A stretch of DNA of 56,838 nucleotides, filler included, from Platydemus manokwari (taxonomy: Eukaryota): NCBI GenBank assembly GCA_037951405.1. It is 5 parts of 5 records of this genome, joined end to end, with 100 filler letters (N's around TTAATTAATTAA, not from the genome) between each part and the next. Parts side by side here need not be neighbours in the genome. Positions count along the whole stretch, not along the records: positions 44,562 to 56,838 come from JBBMOY010214450.1; 4 more parts are not named here. One strand, written 5' to 3'. Shown in pieces: positions 44,562-56,838 of the stretch. Below the pieces are notes generated by a model. The model ran no database searches. It was not told the origin of the DNA and was given only the letters and a program-made list of their open reading frames with translations. Each line of letters opens with the position of its first letter. Within the stretch, counting starts at the first letter, position 1. A program made the translations under genes and the position numbers.

Positions 44562-45577
44562 TATATATATATGTGTGTGTGTGGAGAGAGGCCGTTATTA
44601 ATCAAATCAATGACATGCACAGAAAATTGATGAAAATCAATAAATTAATATGTTCTTTTAATACTCCAATATCACAATTCAAAATGGTTATATATTCAAT
44701 AGAAATTAACTCTATATAACATAAAATCTATCGTTGTATTTATTTGTCGCCAAATATCAACTGTTTTGAAAACTTATCTCGCTGCGACATCACTGATAAG
44801 TTAGCCCATCTTCATTATAATCGATTTATTGTTTGTATTTACAATCAGTCAAATAATTTTCGTGAAATAGTGTTGAATTAATAAAACTATGGGCCAGTTT
44901 TTGTGCGGAATTTATTTATATAGTTCTCGTTGAGGACCTCATTCAATTTGGAAATTTCCTTTGAAAACATCATTTCAACTATCTCGTACAGATGATTTCA
45001 GATAAGCTTTTCGAAAGATTATATGAGGAAATAAGAATCACGTAGTCATAGACATGATATTGTTTGTAGTATTAATCCTATTGTGTCAGTTACTGTCATC
45101 TTATTTTTAATTAACTAGTAGAATTTAGAAAATACACTTCCTACAGCTGACAGTGGGCGATATTTCAACACGACAGTTTAGTTAAATATGAATTGCCCAT
45201 GTCAAATATGTTTAAATGATATAAAGTTTGACAATTCCAAACAATATTCCATCAATTCAATCTAAAAGTACAAATAAACATTTATTTTTATATCGATTAT
45301 TTTACTATTAACACTGATTAGGGTTCCAAATTTTATTATTTAAAATTATTTTGAAAATAATCTCGATTTTAATACAGTGCTCATATTTAATGGAACTATA
45401 ATTTGGATCGTGGTGCTATAATAGTGAGATATACAATAAGAGTAATTTCAAATCGGTGTTACAATTGTTGTTATTTTATACATTGTAAAAATCCATACTG
45501 ATAAAGGCCAAAGATTATGAGGGATATCGTGATATTAAACAAAATCTGATTGGTTTTCAAAAATTATGCACACACAC

Positions 45578-46037
45578 CCAATTGATAGGTGATGGAATAT
45601 TCACCAATGGACGAATTATTACATGAAAAATTCAAAGTCCATTCAGGTACTGATCTATCGGTGAAACACCTGCAAAAAATGTCAACAATCAAATCTTCAC
45701 ATCTCCATACATACATTATACATACAAACTTTTGTAACATAATGTTATCAAATTGTTACCAAATACTGATTTTTAAATTTTCGCCATTCTTATGTGTTAG
45801 ACAACTTTTATTCAAGTCAGCTTTTCCAAACGCCTTAACCAGCAATTTGATTTGACGTTTGTTTTTATTATTTATTAACTTTTTCATTTTGGTTATTGTA
45901 TTTTTTAATAATTCATACCAACTCTTCATAACTAGATTAAAAAATCTACTTGTTTTTCTCCTATGTTTAATGGTGAGCAAACCAGACGCATTTAAACCAG
46001 TTGTCTTATCACTCGTCCAAATGACAATCGTTGCTTA

Positions 46038-46072
<35 letters not shown>

Positions 46073-46289
46073 GTTTCTAATTAAAGTTGAGAGCATGTTC
46101 ATAATATAGCTATTATAATTGTCGGTATTATGATTTTTATTACTATCTTTGTTTTTGATAATGATCCTATATATCACTGTTTATCAAGACGTTTGCCACC
46201 AAATCTTAAAATACAAACACCAAAATAAAAATCGATCAAGATTGGAATATGTCGACTATGAAGTGTGAGTTGTTTTCCGGAAATTTGAA
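45578..46289 (-). CDS. Candidate internal exons of an unidentified gene (46289-46221, 46033-45760, 45669-45578)
   Basis: Three AG..GT-bounded segments splice in one open frame: QISGKQLTLHSRHIPILIDFYF|ATIVIWTSDK...NLKISIW|CFTDRSVPEWTLNFSCNNSSIGEYSITYQL. No confident homology. Confidence 0.4.
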
Positions 46290-47735
46290 CTGATATAGAA
46301 AAATATCAATTACATATTTTACCTTGACTGTATTTGCTTAGATTACACTTTTGATTCAACTCTATCAGATATTTCAATTATTTGAAGCTATTTTGAAAGC
46401 GTATATATTTTCGACTTCATTTATTTTCTTAATTATTTTTCCATTTCTATTTCGGTTTTGAGAACTGTTTACATGACACAGATATGATGTACTTATAAAC
46501 AAACAAATCGTAACATTATTTTTTGTTCTATTTATTTCGTTTAGAAATTTCTACGGTTTTTAGTCTGTATATTTTTTAATGAGACGTTAAGTCAGTAAAA
46601 TATTGAGAAAAACAACTTCTGATCACGATTCGTTGCAGGTTTCTCTTGGAATCTTATGAGTCCATTATAACTGACATGTAATTATTTATTCGTTTATTTT
46701 ATCTTTTATCTCTGGGAAATGTCGAAATTCTCAAAAAAACTAACTTTGTTGTCAATTAAAGTATCCACTTGTAATTCAGAAACCCTATATTGGCACTTTT
46801 AAGTTTCATTTTTCTATACAAAGACACAAACGGGTTGAATTTTAATGACACAATTGCAGTTTCAAGACTCATATAATTATCCTAATTAATTTTAAAACCC
46901 ATTCATTGAATTCAATATGATTCATGAATCCTCTTAGGCAATCTCGTCACTGACAGATGAGTTAGTTTTTGAAGTCAGTGAAAAATCACTGTCATCTCAT
47001 CAAACAAGCTTCATTGTTATCATCAGAAAATCTCTGAGAATCTTCAATATGAATAATCAACAATGTTAATTAAATTTCAGTTCTTTTAATGGAAAGAAAC
47101 CTCTTTACTATGATGAACCCAATAGAGACGTTTCTCTAAAATTTACCCTGGATAAAGCTTGAGATTACAAAATGGAATTTATATTGTTCAGTTAATTTCG
47201 AGAACAATCGATTTATTATTAACTACATATTATCCCATGTTTTCTCTTATAGCAGCTGATATTTTGACAAGCTCAGCTACTCATTTTTCATGACAAATAA
47301 ACAATGAAATCGATCTGATTTCAGATTGGAGTTAAAACTCTGTAATGAAAACAAATTAATGATATTTACCCTCTGTTACTTGTCACTGATTCATTAAATT
47401 CGAACTGAAAAGAATTCTAATAAGAATTCTTATCCAAAAAATATATTTGAACAAAACAAAAACTTTATTTTTCTTTACAGTTTTTGATTCTGAATTGTCT
47501 ATTTTTCTCTATATTTTTATATCAAATTTTCTTTATTTATCTATCTTTTTGCATACCCTATATTCTCTGAGCGTGACATCTTCACGATATCTTTTATACT
47601 TTTCTGCCAGTGATATCATGGGTGTTATTATTTCATTAAATATAAATCGATAACAAAATAAGAAGTTAAACCTACAAAGTATATTTAACCAAAATATTCA
47701 AACAAATCATTTAAATATATTCTTATCATTTATTT

Positions 47736-47745
47736 NNNNNNNNNN
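47736..47745. other. 10-N intra-scaffold gap
   Basis: Run of 10 N with no linker sequence. Confidence 0.95.
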
Positions 47746-50700
47746 ATGAAAAATTCTTTATAAAAACTTTAAAATTCTCACACACCAAATATTTTTTCAA
47801 AAATGATTTTAACTGATAATTTTGATTTATTTTTCTATTATTTCATATTGTAATGCTTGATTTTTTGACTTGAGTCTTTTTAATAAAGCGGCATTTCATA
47901 AATTTTAATTGGAGATTATTTAATTAATCTTGCGTGTTAAAACAATGATTTTACAATATTTTAATTGCTTGGTATTAACATTTATTGTTTAATTTCTTAT
48001 ATTACAAAAAAATCTTCCTTTAATCGATATTTATTATGGTATTTATTATTACAACATGAGATATTATTCGACTGTGTCGATTATTTTGATCATTATTAAT
48101 CACAACTAACTAATTCCCAATATCTGTTTTTCCGAATCATTTTTAGCGATTTTCTTTCTCACAATCCATTCTGAAACAATCTGGTGATGGATGTTGAATT
48201 AATAAATGATACCTGTGTAATATGCAAGACCCAATGTGAATTAATCATAAGAAATCCGCGTATTTTCCATGATTCACAATATTTTATGCAAATTCTCAAG
48301 AAAAGATTATTTGCAATTGGTTGGTAAAAATATCAGAAGTTAAAACTATTTTCCTTATTTCTGCATTATTATTATCAACGATAAAATTATAAATAATAAT
48401 CAATTTTCTGTTATTTTTATATTATTATCACAATAATACTATTTAGATTATTACTATTATTATTATTGTTGTTGTTGTTGTTCCAATAGTTAATGGGGTT
48501 TTCTGATGGGCAATTGACAATTCTTTCGAATTATCCATCGACAGATTGGTTTTGTAGTCCTTTTTCAGTATTGGATATAACCTAAGGTTTATTCATAAGT
48601 GACGTCATATTGGATTTGAATCGATGACCAGTTTATTCATCTTTTCTCTAAGCTGTTACTGATTCATAAACACTGATTGAAATGCTATAATGGTTCCATA
48701 TTATTGTATTTCTCACATTTATTATTATTAGATTAGGAATTATTGTTTTCGTTATTATTAATCGTTATTATTAATTCGTTAGTATTAATATACACCTGAA
48801 ATTACTGATAAACATTGTAAGAATATTCGTTCTATTATCATTAATATTGTTAGGCTTTTACTTATGGTGTTTATCAGGTCTTTTATTAAAAGAGATTATG
48901 ACTAGGCTCCGACCGATAATCTGATTGCTATCAAACTGTAGATTGAGTGTGTATATCACTAATAAAAATGAAGATAACTAAATTTTTTCATTATTTCATT
49001 ACAAATCGATGAATTGATATACTATAACTAATCAATAATACTGAAATTCAACGTGGTATTACGTCGATTTTAATCTGAAGAGTGGTGGTGAAAAATATTG
49101 GTGTCGGAATTGATGAAAAGGACGCTAGTATGAGCATGCATTTAATTTGAAAGTATGACGAACTTCCTTGTGCAATAGTCCGATTATATGCTTATAACAT
49201 TAATCGAACGTAGATAAAAATAAATAAAGTTACCCATAATGTTTGAATGCTCGTAATAATTTTGAATTAAAAATTCTCCGTCACTTAAGAACGAATACAA
49301 ACTGCTTGAGAATTTTGAGTTACGGATTGCTTGTTTGGAAATCAAACGAGCTGATTTAATACCGTCTAATTTTTTATATTTTTCTTTTCGTTTAACTTGT
49401 TTTGCTCATAGTTGTTACCTGCGATTGGCTTTAACGATAAATGTATTGATCGATTTTTATTCATTTATTATTAATATGTCCTCGGATCCGCTCTTATGCA
49501 ATTTATTTCTTAGCTTTCTACATTGACGGATTGATTTTGTTTTTAAATACCCATGTCACTGAACGATTTAATTAAATAATATAATCAAATAAACTGTAAT
49601 ATTTCAAAGATATTTTTAATTTTTCATAATTTAGTTTACTTAAATTATAATAATTTTAGATAATTTTCTTTGTTTCTTTATTCTATTTTTATTTTACATA
49701 TTACTGCATATTATTATCCCTACTGTGAAGATTTAAGAATTTAATTTTCTAAATAAATATCAAAAAATAATAATTTGTTTAAAAAACTTTTTTTAAATGG
49801 ATAACATAGAGTCTTGACTTTCCAATTATTTTCAATGTGTTCTTTATAAAATGGTAGCAGCTTACTTGGGGACCAAGTATCTGGATTTGATTCTGAGAGT
49901 AGGAGGATGATTTTGAGAATATATATATATATATATAAAGAAGATAGAAAGAAGTAGAGAAAATATTAAGGCGAAAGGGAATGTGCGAAATTTTAAATGA
50001 ATTAAATTTTTTAACGACTCAATTCAGGTTTTATATAAATTTATATTAATTTGTTTAAATAAGTGTATTTAAATAGATTATTTGCTGTCTTGACGTTCCA
50101 GTTCGTTTTCAATGAGCATCTTATAAAATAATAGCGGCTTATAGCAACTATTGTCTTTATAACTGCCACATGTGCTATGCAATAATAATTGTGAATATTT
50201 TATAATTTTTACGAATAAGTTTTAACCATATTAAATAAAATATATGTTAAAAAATATCTTTAAATTATTTGTTTCAATTTGTTTTGATTTAATTCGTATA
50301 TAATTCTTATTTCTGAAACATTAGCACCTAACATATATATATATAATAGATGCTACCACTTATAATTATTATGGTTTATTCCAGCTATTATTCTGCAATC
50401 AAATTATATATTAATATAATTATTGAAATATTTTTTTGTATTTTCTATAAAAAATTGATAATTTGTTTGATAACCAGAGAAACGAAAAATACTTGCATTG
50501 CAAATTCAAGTTGGTTTTTGTTTATTTTGTCTTGCAAATTTTCAATCGTAGTCCCATGTGAAAGATAAAAACAGAAAACGAAAAAAAATGGTTTTCATTT
50601 TATGTTTATTTTGTTTTACACAGACTGCATAAACAATCGACATGACTTCGTTATGAATTGATCATACATTTTGGATTCTACAAATTTTACCCCTTGTTGT

Positions 50701-50823
50701 ACATTTGGTGGGAATAAAAAATAAATACTAAAAATAAAGTGAATGGTGTGTGTGTGCGCACGTGTTACAAGTAATAAAATTAGTGAAGTGGCATTAAACC
50801 ATGTGAATCAATAAACTATCGGT

Positions 50824-51029
50824 TACCGCATTTTCCGGACTATATAAAGCTCATCTTAAAATAGATTTTCAGGTTTTACTATGGCTGGAATATTTTTTAA
50901 AATATTGTGATGATGTTAATACAAGCGAATGTAACATTTTAGATGATGAAGAGCATTTTTAATTTAATTTAATATATTAATCAGTCAATTCATAGTTAGG
51001 GTACGCCTTATAATCCGGAGAATACGATA
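50824..51029. mobile_element. pogo/Tc2-type MITE (about 205 bp) with TA ends
   Basis: TA-CCGCATTTTCCGGACTATA at the left; TTATAATCCGGAGAATACGA-TA at the right (reverse complement TATCGTATTCTCCGGATTATAA). CCGTA-type termini are typical of Tc2/pogo elements. Confidence 0.72.
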
Positions 51030-52638
51030 TATAATGTATCAATCCGGTTATTGTATTTATTATTTTTATAATTATAATTATCAACTTTTTATAATTTCAA
51101 TATCAAGAACCATTAATAAATTGTGCGCACAAATCAAAATCAAAACTATCGAAATTGGACGACTAGCTGACAGTCTGCTTTGCAGCTCGATTCTGTTATT
51201 CTGTATCATATCAAATTTCCAACGTACCAACTTTGAAAATAAATCTATCAAATGTTTCGTCCTAGTTAGCACTTTGTCTCCATTTGAATTTATTTTCTTT
51301 TAATATCGCTCGCTTCTTCTGTAATTTGGTTTTTGTTTCCATAATGCATATCTCCAGAGTTCATTATTATCGTAATACTATCGTGAAGCTGATAAATATT
51401 TAAGATCGTTTAGCTGTGAGCTCATTTGGTATTTTTGGTTTCAAGGTAAAAAAGTAATTTTATTTAGAATTTTGCTTACGTTTTAAGTCTAGTAGAATTA
51501 AATTATTAAAATATATCCTGATATCATCAATGAGTTTATAAATTTTTTAATATGGTGTTTTAATATGTTTAAAAATTTAATTAAAAAATTTTATATATTC
51601 AAAGGCTTTCTACAAAAGATTAAATTATTCATATTCGAAATCTCTTAGAATATTTTATTACGCATTAAATTGGTGTTCCTGCTTGATTTACTTTCATTTA
51701 TTTTCATTTGGTCAATTTAAAAATTCTGAAACCACTTTTAAGGTGAAATAATACGGATAGTCACAATAATCAACTTTATAATCATCATCATATTATAAAT
51801 ATTCGTTTGTTAGCAAAATTAAAAGGACAGGAGTTGATTAATATTAAGTAGGCTGTATTGGAAATTATTTAATGTATTGGTTTGGAGCTAAACATATTTA
51901 ATAAGGAACTTTAGTTTGATTTATATCTGGAGTTTTCTAATCATATTGACTCGAAATGGAATTATTAATCTATCTTTAGCTGTATCTACAATAATGAATA
52001 GGTTCTATAAATCAATAAATGTCATTTTTTCATCTATCCGGTTGAATTTGTTTTAATGACATTTGAAATTTGAAAAATATAGACTTTTGAATGATTTAGT
52101 GCGGTATTAAACGAATATCAATATCAAACGAAGTTAATTTTTCTTAATCTACTATAAGCAGTGAATGGATTGACGATAATATCATCAATATCGAATTACC
52201 ATCGATTTAAAGCGGACTGTTGTTAGTCGGCCATGGCACATAAATTTTGTATTTTTATAAACAAAAATTTTAATATAATGATAATATAAGTCGATTATAT
52301 ATTGGTTTTGTGTAAATAAAATCAATAATACATATATATTACAATAAAATCAAGCTAATCATATTAATTGACAAATTTATTGATTACATTTTCAAGTGGA
52401 ATATTTATCTTTGATCAAATTGAAAATATTATAAATAAATAATGAGTCAATATTTATGAAAATCAATCATTTGTTGAATTTTATATCAGTCTTGTGTCGA
52501 ACTAAATTTATTTAAAATATCAATATTAAAATCGTAATATAAATATTGATTTTTGATTAACATAACGGTTAATTCAATGTGTAACAATTGATTATTCGAA
52601 TTATTTTTGAAATTAAAATAAAATCGATAATGACAATT

Positions 52639-53598
52639 GTAAGTCGCTACTATTTTAAAAACCACACATTAAAAACGAGCAGAAAAGTCATGACACCAAA
52701 TTATATCTAAATACAATGATTTAAACAAGTTATTTTATATCAAAATTTAATTTGAAATTTAATTCATTTAAAAATTCTCAAACACCCCTTGCTTTAAAAT
52801 CTTCAATTTTCTTAGTTGTCTCTGTACCGAATACTTTGCATATTTATTTACATGAAAACTCTAACTCTTCTATATTTTTAATATCTTGCTTTATATGTCC
52901 TTGATATCTTCTCTAAAACTTATTTATATATCCCTTATATCTTTTTGATATGTTCTCAATATCTTCCGTTTTCTTTTCCATAATTTTCAGTCATTGATCT
53001 TTTCAGAATCGAAACCAAATGCGTGATCTCCATGTAAGCTACTATTATTTTAAAAACCACACATTAAAAATGAACTGAAAAGCCACAGCACCAAATTGGA
53101 TTTAAATAAAATTAATTATCTGCAAAAAGACTTATACTAAAATAAATCTTTAAAATTTCAATACAATTTAAAATTCGCACATTCTCCTTTATTTAAAATC
53201 TTTTATTTTATTTGTATTCTTAATTGACATTGTGTCGAATGCTCACATATTTATCTCCATAAAAATCTCTAATTCTTCTATCTTTTTATATCTTCTCTTC
53301 GTCTTTATGCCTATCTACATCTTCTTTATATTTTCTTTATATATTCTCTATATAATCTCAACTTATCTCTCCTCTTCCATAATTTTTCGTCATTTATCTT
53401 CTCATAATCGGACTCAGATATGTGGTTGCCATGTTAACTGCTACTATTTAATAAATCACACATTAAAAACGAACTGACAAATCACGACACCGAAAATCTA
53501 TTTAATTACAAATATTTAAACAAATAAATTTAATTTTAATAAAATATGATTTTATATAAAATTATAATTAAATCTTTAATTCATTTAAAATTTCTCAA
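52639..53598. repeat. Diverged tandem repeat, about 395-400 bp period, about 2.4 copies
   Basis: Block 'cta..att..aaa.cacacattaaaaa.ga.c.ga.aa..ca...cacc.aa' recurs at about 52640, 53034 and 53433, each followed by similar pyrimidine-rich sequence. Confidence 0.85.
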
Positions 53599-53879
53599 TG
53601 ATAATGGCGTTGCTACATCAAATAATATTTATTTTAATCAAAATTTTTAACGGCAAGTTAATTATCATTAAAAATAAAGTTGTCTATTATTAGCAATGAG
53701 AAAATTAAGTATAAATTAGAATTCCTTAATAGATAAATGTATTTAAATTATGTTCTCTTAAATTTTATAGACATTAAAAGTGAAATCAACAATACAAATG
53801 ATCGTCTATCATTAAATAACAATTTCATTTATCACATTTCATCTCTTGCTCATTTAATCTTGAGACAACACCTGGAAAA

Positions 53880-54200
53880 GATGAAATACAACCGGTCTTG
53901 ACTTTGATATAGAAATGCCGACATTATCATAATTCAAATAAGTTCATTCGTTCAACTATTATGATGACATTTTTGATGAAACCGATAATTTTTGAAGAAT
54001 TCAATGCAAATTTTATTCAGTGGGAATGCTCCTATCTCACAAAAATTTCAATAATAAATTTTATGGATTTCACTTTCTAACCCAAAACCAAAGAACGTTA
54101 TTTTTCACGAACGAAAAATGACCATATCATTGTTATCTCGGGTTTGTCACAATAATTTTAGAATTTTCCTTGTTATTGACGTAAAATTGATATGTAAGAA
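53880..54200 (+). mobile_element. Highly decayed LINE (CR1/L2-like) APE endonuclease remnant
   Basis: Fragments 'KPIIFEEFNANFIQWEC' (cf. IIGDFN...W), 'HFLTQ' and 'RTKNDHI' (cf. FLTQ...PTR.NNILDL) occur in the expected order, with frameshifts. Confidence 0.35.
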
Positions 54201-56167
54201 CAAATTATCACGATATTGAAAATTTTATTCAGTAAACTACATTTACAGTTTTGTCTTCGATGAAGTGTAAATATAATTTTTGTGATTGTTTGAATTTATT
54301 CAATCTGAAATTATATTTTCAACAATTATAACGATAAATTATTTGAGAGCTTTCCGGATAACCAGTCAATAATATGATGAATTTATAAGGCTTCTAATAT
54401 AATCGAAATGATTTTAGAAATAAGAATGACTAACGATCCATTATTCCACTAGAGCACTCCAAATACTGACATCTACCTGAAATTTAAGTTAATAGATTTT
54501 CTTAAGATATGTCGAATCTAATTTTTACTTCTCATGTTACGAGAATTTCTCCCTGACATTGAATTCCTGGTGGTATATCAAACGAACCATTTTATTTCAA
54601 AGGCATGTTAATTAACTATATATAATGAACTATATATATATGTGTGTGTGTGTGTGTGATCAAAGTAATGTATTTTTGTATTTATATTATTATTTTAGGT
54701 TAATGTTTTTGTAATGCTGGTTATTCTATACACTCTTTTCAAAAAATTGAAACAAACAAAACTTCCTCTGGTCAGACGTAGCAGTAAAGTAGCTTTATTT
54801 TCTATGGAATATAGGTGAGATATTTTTATATGAATTTGTTATCGAAATTATATAACTGATATTATGATCTACGATTTTCCGTTAGGTCGAGATTAATCAA
54901 ATTATGGTATTAGTACAAATATTTGAGCGGTTAAAACAAAAAAAATTCTATTTCATACATTGATGTTATCATATTGTCCTGTCTCCTGGGATTTAATAAC
55001 TTGATTTTTATTTATTCCGGATTTTCAATTTTAAAAACATAATAGATGCATTAGTGGATGAGATTATATATAATGTTAAGTTTTGAGTTTTTTAAACTCA
55101 ATTGGTTCTCCTTTTATATCTGACTCATCACAACTATATATGTTCGTACTTAATTAATCAACAAATATTTCTGGTTATAAATATGTGTTTATTATTCCAC
55201 TTTATACAATAAAGTAACCATAATATGTATCAATCCTTCACACGATATTTGATAATAGTCTTTAACCGAGGACTCACGCCTGATATTGCTTTTAAAAGTA
55301 GAAGTTCAAAATTTTCTTGTGACCTGTAAACACAACTTAACTGATGGTACCGTTAGCTTTGAACTCCTTTATGAAATACCATAATTATTTTACAACAATT
55401 TTATATTTAATAAACTCCTAAATTTGCCACGTTTTCCAACATTGGCAGGATTATCGATTATTTTGTATCATTTATGCCCGATGGCATATTTACTTTGACA
55501 TAATGATTTTAATGACCATTTTCATTTATTCATTACTTAAATATTATATTTATATGTTTATTAATATGTTTTGGTTATTATGAATTATATTTATATTCCA
55601 TGTCATCACGTCTCATATTCATGTTTAATTTTATATAAGGTTTTATATTTATATTTCTAGTTTAATTTGCTTTATTCCTTTCACCTTTATTGTCGATTAT
55701 TATAAATTCAATAATTATTTACTGAACACAGCTAATTATATCTTAAAATTATCACTTAAAATGAAAAACATATATTATTATTGTCAATACAATTGTTCCA
55801 TCGACATCTGACAAGATGTGATTCATAATTAATTATTTAGAATACTGATAGGATAATTTTCAAGTTCATCTCAACAATTGAGCCGGTTGATGAACTGCAA
55901 CTAATGAGCGTAATGGATTTTAATACACATATGGATCGTTTGAATTACCAAATAGTATACAGATCTCCATCAGTCTGATATTCAATTTTAAAAGAGAAAC
56001 TCCATTATGATGCCGATATATTTTTGTAATATTTCAAGCCTAAAGTAAATAAGTTCAAATATTGACATATGGTAATTCTGAACCTATAGTGAGCCACATT
56101 TTGACAATTAATAAGTTAAACACAGATTTTTTACACAATTAAATTTTCTTGTCTGATTTTGTCCAAC

Positions 56168-56293
56168 ATTAATAATAATAATAATAATTACTATTATTAT
56201 AATTTATAATAATAATAATAATAACAATTATAATGATAATAATAAAGATAATAACAATAAGGGTAACAATAACAGCAATAATAATAATAATAA
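56168..56293. repeat. (AAT)n-rich low-complexity tract
   Basis: Imperfect AAT/AAC triplet runs. Confidence 0.8.
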
Positions 56294-56838
56294 ATTGTAT
56301 TTTTCGTCATTAAGTTCGTGACCATTACCAAAAGCACAACATCAATCATCAGGTATCTCTGTCATTCAACGTTTCCATGAGAGACAAATCGTTCAACAAC
56401 AACTCCTGGTCTGTAAACAAATATCGATAAACATTCAAAGGTCTCGACAAACCGAATCATGATATTTTTTTTTCAAATCTCTCTCCAAATACTGGAATCT
56501 CTCAATGAGAGATGTACAAATTTTTATAATGTATGTCTCACTGAACTCGACTCAAATCCATCATCATCATTGATGAAATGAAATCCTGATTGTGGAAACA
56601 AATATTTGAAACTGCAGGTCAATGTTGTGAGCTGTGGATATGATTTATTTGGTGAAATAATCATGAGGATTATTTTATTGACATTTATTGATTGTTTGGT
56701 AAAATGTTTCGAAATTACAATAATAATTATAATATTATAATAATTATAATTTTAATAATAATAACAAATATTTATTAAGGATAATAATAATATGAGTTAT
56801 TATATTGATAATAATGCAGATAATAGTAATATATAAGA

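Noticed and set aside
49850-49900. tRNA/SINE-like A and B boxes (tggtagcag...ggatttgattct)
   Set aside because: No cloverleaf and a degenerate B box; cannot be supported.
48420-51420. Alternative genetic code with TAA as a sense codon
   Set aside because: Conserved genes here (RBM15, NDOR1, ALKBH4) terminate at TAA at the expected position and contain no internal TAA.

Overview
Very AT-rich eukaryotic (metazoan) genomic DNA with mostly 40-60 nt GT-AG introns. The composition and intron sizes resemble a free-living flatworm (planarian), but this is inference. Four artificial 100-nt spacers (44 N + TTAATTAATTAA + 44 N) split the window into five segments. Recognisable genes: RBM15/spenito, a torsin-activator LAP1/LULL1 (TOR1AIP) homolog, a RUSC-like RUN-domain gene, intronless NDOR1, PYROXD1, ALKBH4, and the N-domain exons only of a divergent p97/VCP/CDC48. 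Intergenic and intronic DNA holds decayed mariner (D,D34D) elements, MITEs, non-LTR retrotransposon remnants and tandem repeats. The most interesting observations are an operon-like NDOR1-RUSC pair only 130 nt apart (poly(A) signal, U-rich tract, then a splice acceptor 5 nt before the ATG), a p97 gene whose ATPase exons were not found, an ATG-only first coding exon in PYROXD1, and an unannotated phase-consistent exon chain at 45.6-48.3 kb. I see no clear novel multi-gene system; these leads are hypotheses.
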